Position numbers and translations under genes: made by a program. The notes beneath the pieces are model-generated. The model had not been told where the DNA came from, did no database searches, and worked only from the letters and a program-made list of their open reading frames with translations. Shown here in pieces: positions 32,543 through 40,471 of a stretch of DNA of 51,225 bases. Each line of letters opens with the position of its first letter. The stretch's first letter is position 1. Source of the stretch: an uncultured Clostridia bacterium. Lineage in GTDB: Bacteria > Bacillota > Clostridia > Oscillospirales > CAG-272. The stretch lies in NCBI GenBank assembly GCA_947632285.1, contig CANROT010000001.1, positions 1-51,225 of the forward strand, in the 5' to 3' direction.

Positions 32543-33424
32543 GTGAAAAAACTGCACATAATCAACCCGGCAGCGGGAAAAGGCGCGGGAAATATCGAGC
32601 AGGTGGCGGACGGGGAGGTCTACGTCACAAGCGCTCCGGGAGACGCCGCCGAATACGTGAAAAAGCTCCTTTCGGAAGAGGACGGCGAATATCGCATCTA
32701 CGCCTACGGCGGGGACGGGACGCTGAAGGAGGTCGTGACCGGGATAATGCGCGCGGGCGCGGGCAGCCGCGTCGTCCTTTCGCCCGTCCCGACCGGGAGC
32801 GGAAACGATTTTGCGAGAATAACCGAGGAAACGGGTGGCATATCGCCGTGCGACGTCATAAAATATAACGACAGCTACGCGATAAACGAGATAAACACCG
32901 GCTTTGACACCGGCGTAGTCGTGAGGACGAACAGCATAAAGAGGTGGCCCCTTGTCGGCGGGACGCTCGCGTACATACTCGGCGTTGTCGGCGAGCTCGC
33001 CGCAAAGCGTGCGACGGACCTGCGCCTGACGGCCGTGACCGCGGACGGGAGGGTCGAGACGTTTGAGGGCAGATATCTGCTCTGCCTGTTTTCAAACGGC
33101 GTCTACTACGGCGGCGGCTTTAAGGCGGCGCCGACGGCGAGGATCGACGACGGCGAGCTCGACCTTATCCTTGCGGACGACATGAGCCGCCGCCGCTTTA
33201 TCGGTCTTGTCGGCAAGTACCGCGCCGGAGAGCATCTTACGGCGGGCGGCGCCGTCATTCCGGAGGCGGAGGACATACTCATATACAGGCGCTGCCGCGC
33301 GCTGCGGCTCGAGGGAGTGACGCGCTTTTCCGCAGACGGCGAGGTCATGGAGAACAGCGGCGTCATAGAGGCGTCCGTCATTCCGTCCGCGCTGCGCGTC
33401 GCGCCGGTCGGCACAATAATATAA
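32543..33424 (+). CDS. Diacylglycerol kinase family lipid kinase (YegS/BmrU-like)
   Basis: The ORF track starts at 32534. I prefer GTG at 32543 (GAGGTGA 5 nt upstream), giving MKKLHIINPAAGKG. It has a GGDGT motif and GSGNDFAR. Confidence 0.8.
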   Translation: MKKLHIINPAAGKGAGNIEQVADGEVYVTSAPGDAAEYVKKLLSEEDGEYRIYAYGGDGTLKEVVTGIMRAGAGSRVVLSPVPTGSGNDFARITEETGGISPCDVIKYNDSYAINEINTGFDTGVVVRTNSIKRWPLVGGTLAYILGVVGELAAKRATDLRLTAVTADGRVETFEGRYLLCLFSNGVYYGGGFKAAPTARIDDGELDLILADDMSRRRFIGLVGKYRAGEHLTAGGAVIPEAEDILIYRRCRALRLEGVTRFSADGEVMENSGVIEASVIPSALRVAPVGTII

Positions 33425-33438
33425 CAGGGGGAAATATT

Positions 33439-34362
33439 ATGTATAAGATCTTCGATCTGCACTGTGACACCGTACATAAAATAGGGGAAAACGGAAGTCT
33501 CTACCGCATTCCGGGCGCGCACGTCGACATAGAGCGCCTCCGCGAGGCGGGCTACGGGCTCATGACGTTCGCCGCGTTCGTGGACGCGGGGTATACGGAC
33601 GATCCCTACGGCGAATGCCTCCGCCTGATAGCGAAGATAAAAGACGCGATAGCGCAGAACGGCGACCTTGTCGGCGCGGCGCTCTGCCCCGCGGACATAG
33701 CGAGGAACCGCGCGGAGGGGAAGGTATCGGCGCTGCTCTCCGTCGAGGAGGGCGGCGTCATCGAGGAGGACCTCGGCCGCGTCGCGGAGCTGTACGGTCT
33801 CGGCGTCCGCATGATGACGTTCACGTGGAATTATGACAACGATATCGCGGGCTCCGCCGGGGGGACGCGCGGGGACGGGCTCACGGAGTTCGGGCGAGAT
33901 TTTCTCTCGGAGCTTGAAAAATACAGCATAATCGCTGACGTCTCGCACCTCTCGGACGCGGGGTTTTACGACGTTGCCGCCGCCGCAAAGCGGCCGTTTA
34001 TCGCGAGCCACAGCAACGCGCGCGCCGTCTGTCCGCACCGCCGCAACCTGACGGACGACATGATCCGCATCATCGGGAACAAGGGCGGCATCATCGGGCT
34101 CAATTTCTGCACGTATTTTGTCGGCGGGGACGGCGGGCTCGGAATGCTGTGCCGCCACGCGCGCGAGATCGCGGACTGCGGGGGGATCGAGTCCGTCGCC
34201 GTCGGCGGCGACTTTGACGGGATCGAAACGAATCCGGCGCTGCCGGACTGCACATATGTGCCCCGCCTCGCGGAGGCGCTGCGCGACTTCGGATTCACGG
34301 AGCGCGAGGTCGACATGATAATGGGCGGCAACGCAGAGCGGTTTTTGAACGACAATATGTAA
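33439..34362 (+). CDS. Membrane-dipeptidase family (peptidase M19) protein
   Basis: 307-aa ORF with FDLHCDT, ADVSHLSD, ASHSNAR and GGDFDG metal-ligand contexts. Confidence 0.85.
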   Translation: MYKIFDLHCDTVHKIGENGSLYRIPGAHVDIERLREAGYGLMTFAAFVDAGYTDDPYGECLRLIAKIKDAIAQNGDLVGAALCPADIARNRAEGKVSALLSVEEGGVIEEDLGRVAELYGLGVRMMTFTWNYDNDIAGSAGGTRGDGLTEFGRDFLSELEKYSIIADVSHLSDAGFYDVAAAAKRPFIASHSNARAVCPHRRNLTDDMIRIIGNKGGIIGLNFCTYFVGGDGGLGMLCRHAREIADCGGIESVAVGGDFDGIETNPALPDCTYVPRLAEALRDFGFTEREVDMIMGGNAERFLNDNM

Positions 34363-34368
34363 TATAGA

Positions 34369-34425
34369 GCGGGGGGACTTTTGGGAAAAAGTCCCCCCGC
34401 GGCCCCTTCAAAACCTTTTAAGACC
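34369..34425. repeat. Palindromic intergenic element, type B, copy 2; lies between convergent genes
   Basis: GCGGGGGGACTTT-tggga-AAAAGTCCCCCCGC followed by ggCCCCTTCAAAACCTTTTA. Confidence 0.8.
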
Positions 34426-34442
34426 TTTTATGACGTGGGTGA

Positions 34443-35471
34443 TCAGACGAAACGGCGGGGGGAGGTTGGTTCTTTTTCGGGCTCGGGTGGGAATTTGCCG
34501 AGCAGCATTCCCTCGCCGATGACGGAGCCGGACGGAATGAAGACGTCCTCGCCGATGACGGCCCCCGGACCGATCCGCACGCCGTCTCCGACCGTGACGC
34601 CGCGGCAGAGGACCGAATCGCGCGCGACGACGTCAACGCCGACGGTCACGCCGCGGCCGAGCACGCAGCCGTTGAGCGTTGAGCCGATACCGGCGCGGCA
34701 ATCCCGGGACACGATGGCGCCAGTCGGCGAGACGGACGCCGAGACGCCGCGTATCATGTTTTTTGCGGCGTCAAAGCACGCGCGGCGGTATGAGGCGGGC
34801 GTTCCGATGTCGCACCAGTAACCGGGGGTGACAAAACCGTCGATGCGGCAGCCCTCGGCGATCATCGCCGGGAAGAGGTCGCGCCCGAAGTCGTATTCCC
34901 CGTCCGGAATGCGGTCGATGACGGAGGGGGAGAGGATATAGATGCCCGTGTTGACGAGCGCACGCTCGCGGCGATCCGGCTTTTCGACGAATTCGACGAT
35001 GCGGCTCCCGCCCTGCTCGAGCCTTACGCAGCCGTAGTTCCAGGGCTCGTCCGAATAGGCGAGGATCATGGTCGCGGACGAGCTGCCCGCCCTGTGCGCC
35101 GACAGCGCCGGGCGCAGGTCGAAGTCACAGACGGCGTCTCCGGAGAGCACGACGATCTCGTCCGGGTCGCCGGACTCGAGCACAACGGCGCGGACGCTCC
35201 CCGCCGTCCCGAGCGGCTCGTCCTCTATCCTGTAATCGAGGGCGACGCCGTCGTACTCGTCGCCGAACATATCCGCGACCGTCTCGTATCTGTACCTCAC
35301 CGTCACGGTCGCTTCGCGTATGCCCGCGTTTTTCAGCATGGTGACGGCATAGCCGAGCGCCGGTTTGCCGCCGACCTCGAGCGTCGGTTTCGGCATCGTG
35401 TCCGTTATCGGGCGCAGCCGCTCGCCTCTGCCGCCCGCCATTATGACGGCGGCGGTCTTTTTTTCTGTCAT
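34443..35471 (-). CDS. NDP-sugar pyrophosphorylase (nucleotidyltransferase plus left-handed beta-helix C-terminal domain)
   Basis: 342-aa ORF with the AVIMAGGRGERLRPITDTMPKP signature. The C-terminal hexapeptide repeats include VGVDVVARDSVLCRGVTVGDGVRIGPGAVIGEDV. Confidence 0.8.
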   Translation of the reverse strand: MTEKKTAAVIMAGGRGERLRPITDTMPKPTLEVGGKPALGYAVTMLKNAGIREATVTVRYRYETVADMFGDEYDGVALDYRIEDEPLGTAGSVRAVVLESGDPDEIVVLSGDAVCDFDLRPALSAHRAGSSSATMILAYSDEPWNYGCVRLEQGGSRIVEFVEKPDRRERALVNTGIYILSPSVIDRIPDGEYDFGRDLFPAMIAEGCRIDGFVTPGYWCDIGTPASYRRACFDAAKNMIRGVSASVSPTGAIVSRDCRAGIGSTLNGCVLGRGVTVGVDVVARDSVLCRGVTVGDGVRIGPGAVIGEDVFIPSGSVIGEGMLLGKFPPEPEKEPTSPRRFV

Positions 35472-35618
35472 GTCTTTTTTCCTGCCGTAAATATTTCTTT
35501 GTACGGTTATTTTACGGCGAAAAGGTTATTTTTATTCAGTCTCCCACCGCGGGGGTGAATATGTTTCCGCAAAAGGGCAATAATAGTAGAAAAGCGTGAC
35601 GGACAAAGAGGACGACAT

Positions 35619-35897
35619 ATGATAAAGGGCTGCGAGAGAAGAATGATAAAAATAGAGAACACGGACAGCGACCTGTTCGAATCCGCGTACTTTATAATAA
35701 GGCAGAACGTACAGCTGCCGAAAAAGAAACGCCGCGACGATATGCTCCGCGAGGCGGCGCGCATCGTCAGCGACAAAACCGAGCCGACGCGGAAAAGGGA
35801 CGGCTCCTCCCGCCGGGTGTGGCTCGAGCGGGTCGGAATTTTTGCGGCGGGCGCGCTGCTCTCCGCCGCCCTCGCGCTTTTATTGTGGCTTTTGTGA
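35619..35897 (+). CDS. Hypothetical small protein with a C-terminal TM anchor
   Basis: 92-aa ORF (an alternative ATG is at 35643) with AGAGGA upstream. It has a charged N-terminal part and a C-terminal VGIFAAGALLSAALALLLWLL segment. The opposite-strand ORF 35507..35932 looks like noise. No family recognised. Confidence 0.4.
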   Translation: MIKGCERRMIKIENTDSDLFESAYFIIRQNVQLPKKKRRDDMLREAARIVSDKTEPTRKRDGSSRRVWLERVGIFAAGALLSAALALLLWLL

Positions 35898-35968
35898 CAA
35901 TTCCGGGCGCCGCATGTCTTTAAAAGTAGCAAAGAACCACAATTCGGGCAGGCAAAGGTTAAATTTTC

Positions 35969-35998
35969 TTGACAAAGGCGCGGCGCTTGTGCTAATAT
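35969..35998 (+). promoter_or_regulatory. Candidate sigma-A promoter of rnj, implying a long leader (~170 nt)
   Basis: TTGACA (35969-35974), an 18-nt spacer, then TAATAT (35993-35998). Confidence 0.45.
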
Positions 35999-36173
35999 TA
36001 TACTCGGGTCGGATCGTTCACTGACCGCGGACCCCTTTTTTGATACGGCTTTAGGGCGCCGGCGCCTGGCGCCTTACATATATTTTTTACACATAGACAC
36101 TCGGGGGAAGGTAAGCGTTCCTCCTTTTCCGCGTTATTCGCGCGGGAAGCAACAATTGAGAGAAAGGACATTT

Positions 36174-37856
36174 ATGGCAAAGAAGAAAAAGACAAAACTC
36201 GGCAAGATCAAAGTCGCCGCTCTCGGAGGACTTGACGAGATCGGCAAGAATCTATACGTTATCGAATACGAATCGGACATAATCGTCGTTGACTGCGGGC
36301 TCGGCTTCCCTGATGAGGAAATGCCCGGCGTCGACCTCGTCATTCCCGACATAACATATCTTGAAAAGAATGCGGACCGCCTGCGCGGGATATTCATCAC
36401 GCACGGTCACGAGGATCATATCGGCGCGCTGCCTTACGTACTGCGGACGCTGCACGTCCCGGTGTACGCGACGAGGCTCACCGTCGGCATCATTGAGAGC
36501 AAGCTCGCGGAGCACAAGCTCGACCGGAAACCGGAGCTCAACTGCGTCGCCGCGGGCGACGTCATAAAGGCGGGCGAGCTCTCGGTCGAGTTTATCCGCG
36601 TCAACCACAGCATTGCGGACGCGTGCGCGCTCGCGATAAAGACGCCGCTCGGATATATCGTCCATTCGGGCGACTTCAAATTCGACCTCTCGCCGATAGA
36701 CGGCGAGGTCATGGACGTCAAACGCCTCGCCGAGATAGGAGCGGAGGGCGTGCTCCTTCTGATGTGCGACTCGACGAATGCGGAGCGCCCCGGATATACG
36801 CCGTCCGAGCGGACGGTCGGGACGTCGTTCGACCACATATTCGCCTCACACTCGATGAACCGTATCATCGTCGCGACGTTCTCCTCGAATGTTCACCGCG
36901 TCCAGCAGATAATAGACTACAGCGTCCGCTACGGGCGCAAGGTCGCGATCACGGGCCGCAGCATGCTGACCGTCGTCGGCGCGGCGACGCGGCTCGGATA
37001 CATGGATTTCCCGGACGGGGCGATCATCGACATAAACGAGATAAAGAACTATCCCGACAACAGGCTGACGATAATCACGACGGGCTCGCAGGGCGAGCCG
37101 ATGTCGGCGCTTTACCGCATGGCGTTCGGAGACCACTCGAACGTCTCGGTCGGGAAGAACGACATTGTCGTCATCTCCGCGAACGCGATCCCCGGCAACG
37201 AAAAGCTCGTCGGCAAGATCGTGAACGAGCTGTACCGCTGCGGCGCGGAGGTGTATAACGACACGTCCTCGCCGATACACGTTTCGGGCCACGCGTGCCA
37301 GGAGGACCTCAAGTTCATGCACGCGCTGACAAAGCCGAAATATTTCATGCCGATCCACGGCGAGCGCCGCCACTTAATGGAGCACCGCAAGCTCGCGATG
37401 TTCATGGGCGAGCGCCCGGAGAATATATTCGTCCCCGAGCTTGGGAAAGTTCTCGAAATAGATGAGAGCGGCGCGCGCTTTAACGGGACTGTCCCGTCCG
37501 GCCGCCTGCTCGTCGACGGAACGGGCGTCGGAGACGTCGGCAGCGTCGTCCTCCGCGACAGGATACTGCTCTCGCAGGACGGGCTCATCGTCGTTTCCGC
37601 GGCGATAGACACGCTCGCGCGCGACGTTGTGACGCCGCCCGATATATTCACGCGCGGGTTCATATACGTGAAGGAATCGGAGGAGCTGATGGAAGAGATG
37701 CGCGGTATCGCGAAGGAAGCGCTCGAGCGCGCGATCCTCGACTACAAGGCGGACATCTCCGACATAAAGAACGACGTGCGCGACGCACTTGCGAAATTCA
37801 TTTCGCGCCGCGTCAAGCGCCGCCCGATAATTTTGCCGATAATAATTGAAGTCTGA
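36174..37856 (+). CDS. rnj: Ribonuclease J
   Basis: ORF 36156..37856. The preferred ATG is 36174 (GAAAGGA upstream). It has the metallo-beta-lactamase motif HGHEDHIG, a beta-CASP domain and the C-terminal domain. Confidence 0.92.
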   Translation: MAKKKKTKLGKIKVAALGGLDEIGKNLYVIEYESDIIVVDCGLGFPDEEMPGVDLVIPDITYLEKNADRLRGIFITHGHEDHIGALPYVLRTLHVPVYATRLTVGIIESKLAEHKLDRKPELNCVAAGDVIKAGELSVEFIRVNHSIADACALAIKTPLGYIVHSGDFKFDLSPIDGEVMDVKRLAEIGAEGVLLLMCDSTNAERPGYTPSERTVGTSFDHIFASHSMNRIIVATFSSNVHRVQQIIDYSVRYGRKVAITGRSMLTVVGAATRLGYMDFPDGAIIDINEIKNYPDNRLTIITTGSQGEPMSALYRMAFGDHSNVSVGKNDIVVISANAIPGNEKLVGKIVNELYRCGAEVYNDTSSPIHVSGHACQEDLKFMHALTKPKYFMPIHGERRHLMEHRKLAMFMGERPENIFVPELGKVLEIDESGARFNGTVPSGRLLVDGTGVGDVGSVVLRDRILLSQDGLIVVSAAIDTLARDVVTPPDIFTRGFIYVKESEELMEEMRGIAKEALERAILDYKADISDIKNDVRDALAKFISRRVKRRPIILPIIIEV

Positions 37857-37884
37857 GCGCGCGCTCGGACGGGAGGGAGAAAAT

Positions 37885-38184
37885 ATGGTCAAGCATGTTA
37901 TTCTTTGGAGGCTTCGCACGGATCACGACGAGGCGGACATGAGGCGCAAGATAGATTTCTGCGCGGAGGCGTTTTCGCGCCTGCCGTCCGTGATCCCCGG
38001 GCTCATCTCGATAAAGCTGTATAAGGACCCCCTCGCGTCCTCGACGTGCGACCTCATGCTCGATGCCGTCTTCGAGGACGAGGCGGCGTACATAGCTTAT
38101 AAGACGGCGCCGGAGCATATGGCCGTCGCCTCCGTCATACGCCCGCTCGTCTCCGAGCGCATCTGCATGGACTGCGAGGCATAA
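37885..38184 (+). CDS. Dabb-family (stress-responsive alpha/beta barrel) protein
   Basis: ORF 37846..38184 trimmed to the ATG at 37885 (GGGAGGGAGA upstream). The sequence is MVKHVILWRLR...FEDEAAYIAYKTAPEHM. Confidence 0.7.
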   Translation: MVKHVILWRLRTDHDEADMRRKIDFCAEAFSRLPSVIPGLISIKLYKDPLASSTCDLMLDAVFEDEAAYIAYKTAPEHMAVASVIRPLVSERICMDCEA

Positions 38185-38250
38185 GTGGCGCGCTTTCGCG
38201 CGGGCGCATATAATGAGATCGGGAAATAACGATACCCGGAGGGTCTTTAG

Positions 38251-38328
38251 ATGAAGATAGTCATCGTGCGTCCGCCAAAGCTGTTCATACCGTTTTTGAA
38301 ACGTATTTTCGGCGTCAAAAACAAATAA
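38251..38328 (+). CDS. spoVM: Stage V sporulation protein M (25-aa amphipathic peptide)
   Basis: Below the ORF-track size cutoff. GGAGGG lies 7 nt upstream of the ATG. MKIVIVRPPKLFIPFLKRIFGVKNK aligns position by position with B. subtilis SpoVM MKFYTIKLPKFLGGIVRAMLGSFRKD. A strong terminator follows, and the gene lies next to the rsgA/prkC block as in B. subtilis. Confidence 0.6.
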   Translation: MKIVIVRPPKLFIPFLKRIFGVKNK

Positions 38329-38341
38329 CGGCAAAAAAATC

Positions 38342-38397
38342 GGGGCTGCCGCCCAAGCGTTAGAAACGCAAGGAGCGGCAGCCCTGCAGACTTTTTT
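38342..38397. terminator. Bidirectional intrinsic terminator (spoVM on plus, AraC gene on minus)
   Basis: AAAAAAA-c-GGGCTGCCGC-(22 nt)-GCGGCAGCCC followed by tgcagaCTTTTTT. Confidence 0.75.
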
Positions 38398-38429
38398 GAG
38401 AGAACGAGTAAAAAAACGCAGGCGGCAGG

Positions 38430-39335
38430 TTATTCGCACGGAGTGATCGGAATCCACAACTCGCGATACCGCTCGTCGCTTTTGTTCCCTCCGTACCAAT
38501 GAGTTACAACAATTTCCGGAGAATCCGCCAATTGATATCCCGACGTGGGGAGCCACTCGCTTGCGATCCTGCGTCTCAAATCAAGAAAAACAAGCGTTGG
38601 GTATGCGCATCTCTCGGTTTCAAATATTGCATAGGTGCATTTGGGAATAGTGATATTCTCATAATGGCTCGCAAATTCTGTGCCGAGAATATACTCCTTA
38701 TTGAGGTTGTTTCTGTAATATTCCGACAGCTTATTCGCGATATAAAAATCGTATCCTGTGTCGTCAATATTCGCAATGACATTATAATGCTGCGCATCAA
38801 TATCACCTGCCAATGCGCTCAGAATGTATTGCCACGGTCTTGTTGTAACATACATTTCTTTTTCTTGTTTTTCACGTTCTCCGGGCACACCTTCAAACCG
38901 ACGTTTATATCCCGTCAAAATGAATTCGTCTTTTTCTTCGATCCTGTAATCCATAAGCGTACCGCCTTCCAAAGATAATTTCAGTACAAGACGGGAATAG
39001 GATCTCAGCATACTGCCGTTTTTGCGAGCCTGAGACGGCAATATACCGTGGAATTTCTGGAATGCTTTTGCAAAGCTGTCCGGACTTTCATAGCCGTACT
39101 TGAGCGCGATGTCGATCACCTTTGCATCGCTGTTGGCGAGCTCTGCACCGGCAAGCGATAATCTGCGATTCCGGATATACTCGCCGACGGTAAAACCACA
39201 AAGAATACTGAACACGCGCTGAAAGTGATAGCTCGATGAATAGCTTTGCGCGGCGACTTTTTCGTAATCGATCGTTTCTGTCAGGTTGTCTTCGATATAG
39301 TCGATCGCCTTTTGCAAACCGTTGATCCAGTCCAT
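38430..39335 (-). CDS. AraC-family transcriptional regulator with a GyrI-like effector-binding domain
   Basis: 301-aa ORF with an N-terminal HTH_AraC (SSSYHFQRVFSILCGFTVGEYIRNRRL, ALKYGYESPDSFAKAFQKFHG) and a C-terminal GyrI-like/SOUL-type domain. It is clearly AT-richer than its flanks. Confidence 0.85.
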   Translation of the reverse strand: MDWINGLQKAIDYIEDNLTETIDYEKVAAQSYSSSYHFQRVFSILCGFTVGEYIRNRRLSLAGAELANSDAKVIDIALKYGYESPDSFAKAFQKFHGILPSQARKNGSMLRSYSRLVLKLSLEGGTLMDYRIEEKDEFILTGYKRRFEGVPGEREKQEKEMYVTTRPWQYILSALAGDIDAQHYNVIANIDDTGYDFYIANKLSEYYRNNLNKEYILGTEFASHYENITIPKCTYAIFETERCAYPTLVFLDLRRRIASEWLPTSGYQLADSPEIVVTHWYGGNKSDERYRELWIPITPCE

Positions 39336-39526
39336 ACTCTCCCCCTTGTCTGTCTGTATTTTATCAAAAGGCGATCCTTATTTCCCGATATTTCGTGCGG
39401 AGCTTTATCGGGGGTATTTAACGCGACGTACAGGACGGCAAGGCTTTCTTGTTCTACGGTTCAGGAGCGGCTCCGGCGGGGATCGTGTCGGCGGTGTCAG
39501 GGATTTTTTGCGGCGGCGCCGTTATT

Positions 39527-40471
39527 TTATTTGTTCCACGGGCGCTTGTCCTTCAGCGTTTCGTAGAGGGCTCGGTAGCTGTCGTGGCGCTCGCGCGCTA
39601 TCAGCCCCGAATTGACGGCGGCGATGACGGCGCAGCCGTCCTCGCAGACGTGCGTACACTTCGTATACCGGCACTTCCCGTGGTACGGCTCAAATTCGCG
39701 GAACGTGAACGGCAGCGCCTCGACCGAGAAAAAGTCAAAGCGCTCAAAGTCGAGCAGGGAAAATCCGGGCGTGTCGGCGATGTATGCGCCGGTGCCCGTT
39801 GGGAACAGCTCGACGTGGCGCGTCGTCTGCCGCCCGCGCGATATCTTGCGAGACAGCTCCCCGGTCCCGAGCGAGAGCGCGGGATAGAGCCGGTTCAAGA
39901 GCGTTGACTTTCCCGCTCCGGACGCGCCCGCGAACGCGGTCAGCGCGCCGCCGCCGAGCGAGGCGATATAGTCCGAGAGCGCGCCGAGCCCCTCCCCGGT
40001 GACGGCGCTGACGGGAAAGACCGGGTACCCGGCCTTTTTGTATATGTCGGCGACCCTGTCCGCGGCGGGCGGGTCGAGCTCATATTTTGTGATTATGACG
40101 GCGGCGTTTATGTCCGCGTGCTCGGAGATGGAGAGCATTTTGTCAACGGAGGTGAGGTCCGGCGCGGGGCGGCACGTCGGTATGACGGCGAACATGACGT
40201 CAAGATTCGCGAACGGGGGCCGGATCAGGAGATTTTTGCGCGGCTCGATGGAATCTATGACGCCGTCGACCTCGGTGTCTCCCGTCCTTTTTATCCGCTC
40301 CCCCGAGAACGCCTCGTCCCCGATAACGGCGGTCACGGTGTCGCCGACCGTCGGCGAGATGCCGTCATGGCGGAAGTGACCGCGCGCGCGGCACGCAAAG
40401 GCGGTGTTATCGTCGGTGAGTACGGTATAAAGCCCGCCGACGCCCTTTGTTATGAGTCCCCGGACGGTCAC
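39527..40471 (-). CDS. rsgA: Ribosome small-subunit-dependent GTPase A
   Basis: 314-aa ORF with a GTG start overlapping the prkC stop. It has an OB domain, a circularly permuted GTPase (FAGASGAGKSTLLN) and a C-terminal Zn-finger (CRYTKCTHVCEDGC). Confidence 0.9.
   Translation of the reverse strand: MTVRGLITKGVGGLYTVLTDDNTAFACRARGHFRHDGISPTVGDTVTAVIGDEAFSGERIKRTGDTEVDGVIDSIEPRKNLLIRPPFANLDVMFAVIPTCRPAPDLTSVDKMLSISEHADINAAVIITKYELDPPAADRVADIYKKAGYPVFPVSAVTGEGLGALSDYIASLGGGALTAFAGASGAGKSTLLNRLYPALSLGTGELSRKISRGRQTTRHVELFPTGTGAYIADTPGFSLLDFERFDFFSVEALPFTFREFEPYHGKCRYTKCTHVCEDGCAVIAAVNSGLIARERHDSYRALYETLKDKRPWNK

Noticed and set aside
36006-36041. Possible leader terminator (GGGTC...GACCC followed by TTTTTT) right after the putative rnj promoter.
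   Set aside because: Only about 5 bp of stem with a ~19-nt loop. That is too weak to call an intrinsic terminator without experimental 3'-end data.
38181-38214. Sigma-E-like promoter for spoVM (ATAAGT ... CATATAAT).
   Set aside because: The -10-like CATATAAT is plausible, but the spacing to the only ATA-containing -35 candidate is about 20 nt, which is outside what I remember for sigma-E promoters. Mentioned in the spoVM finding only.
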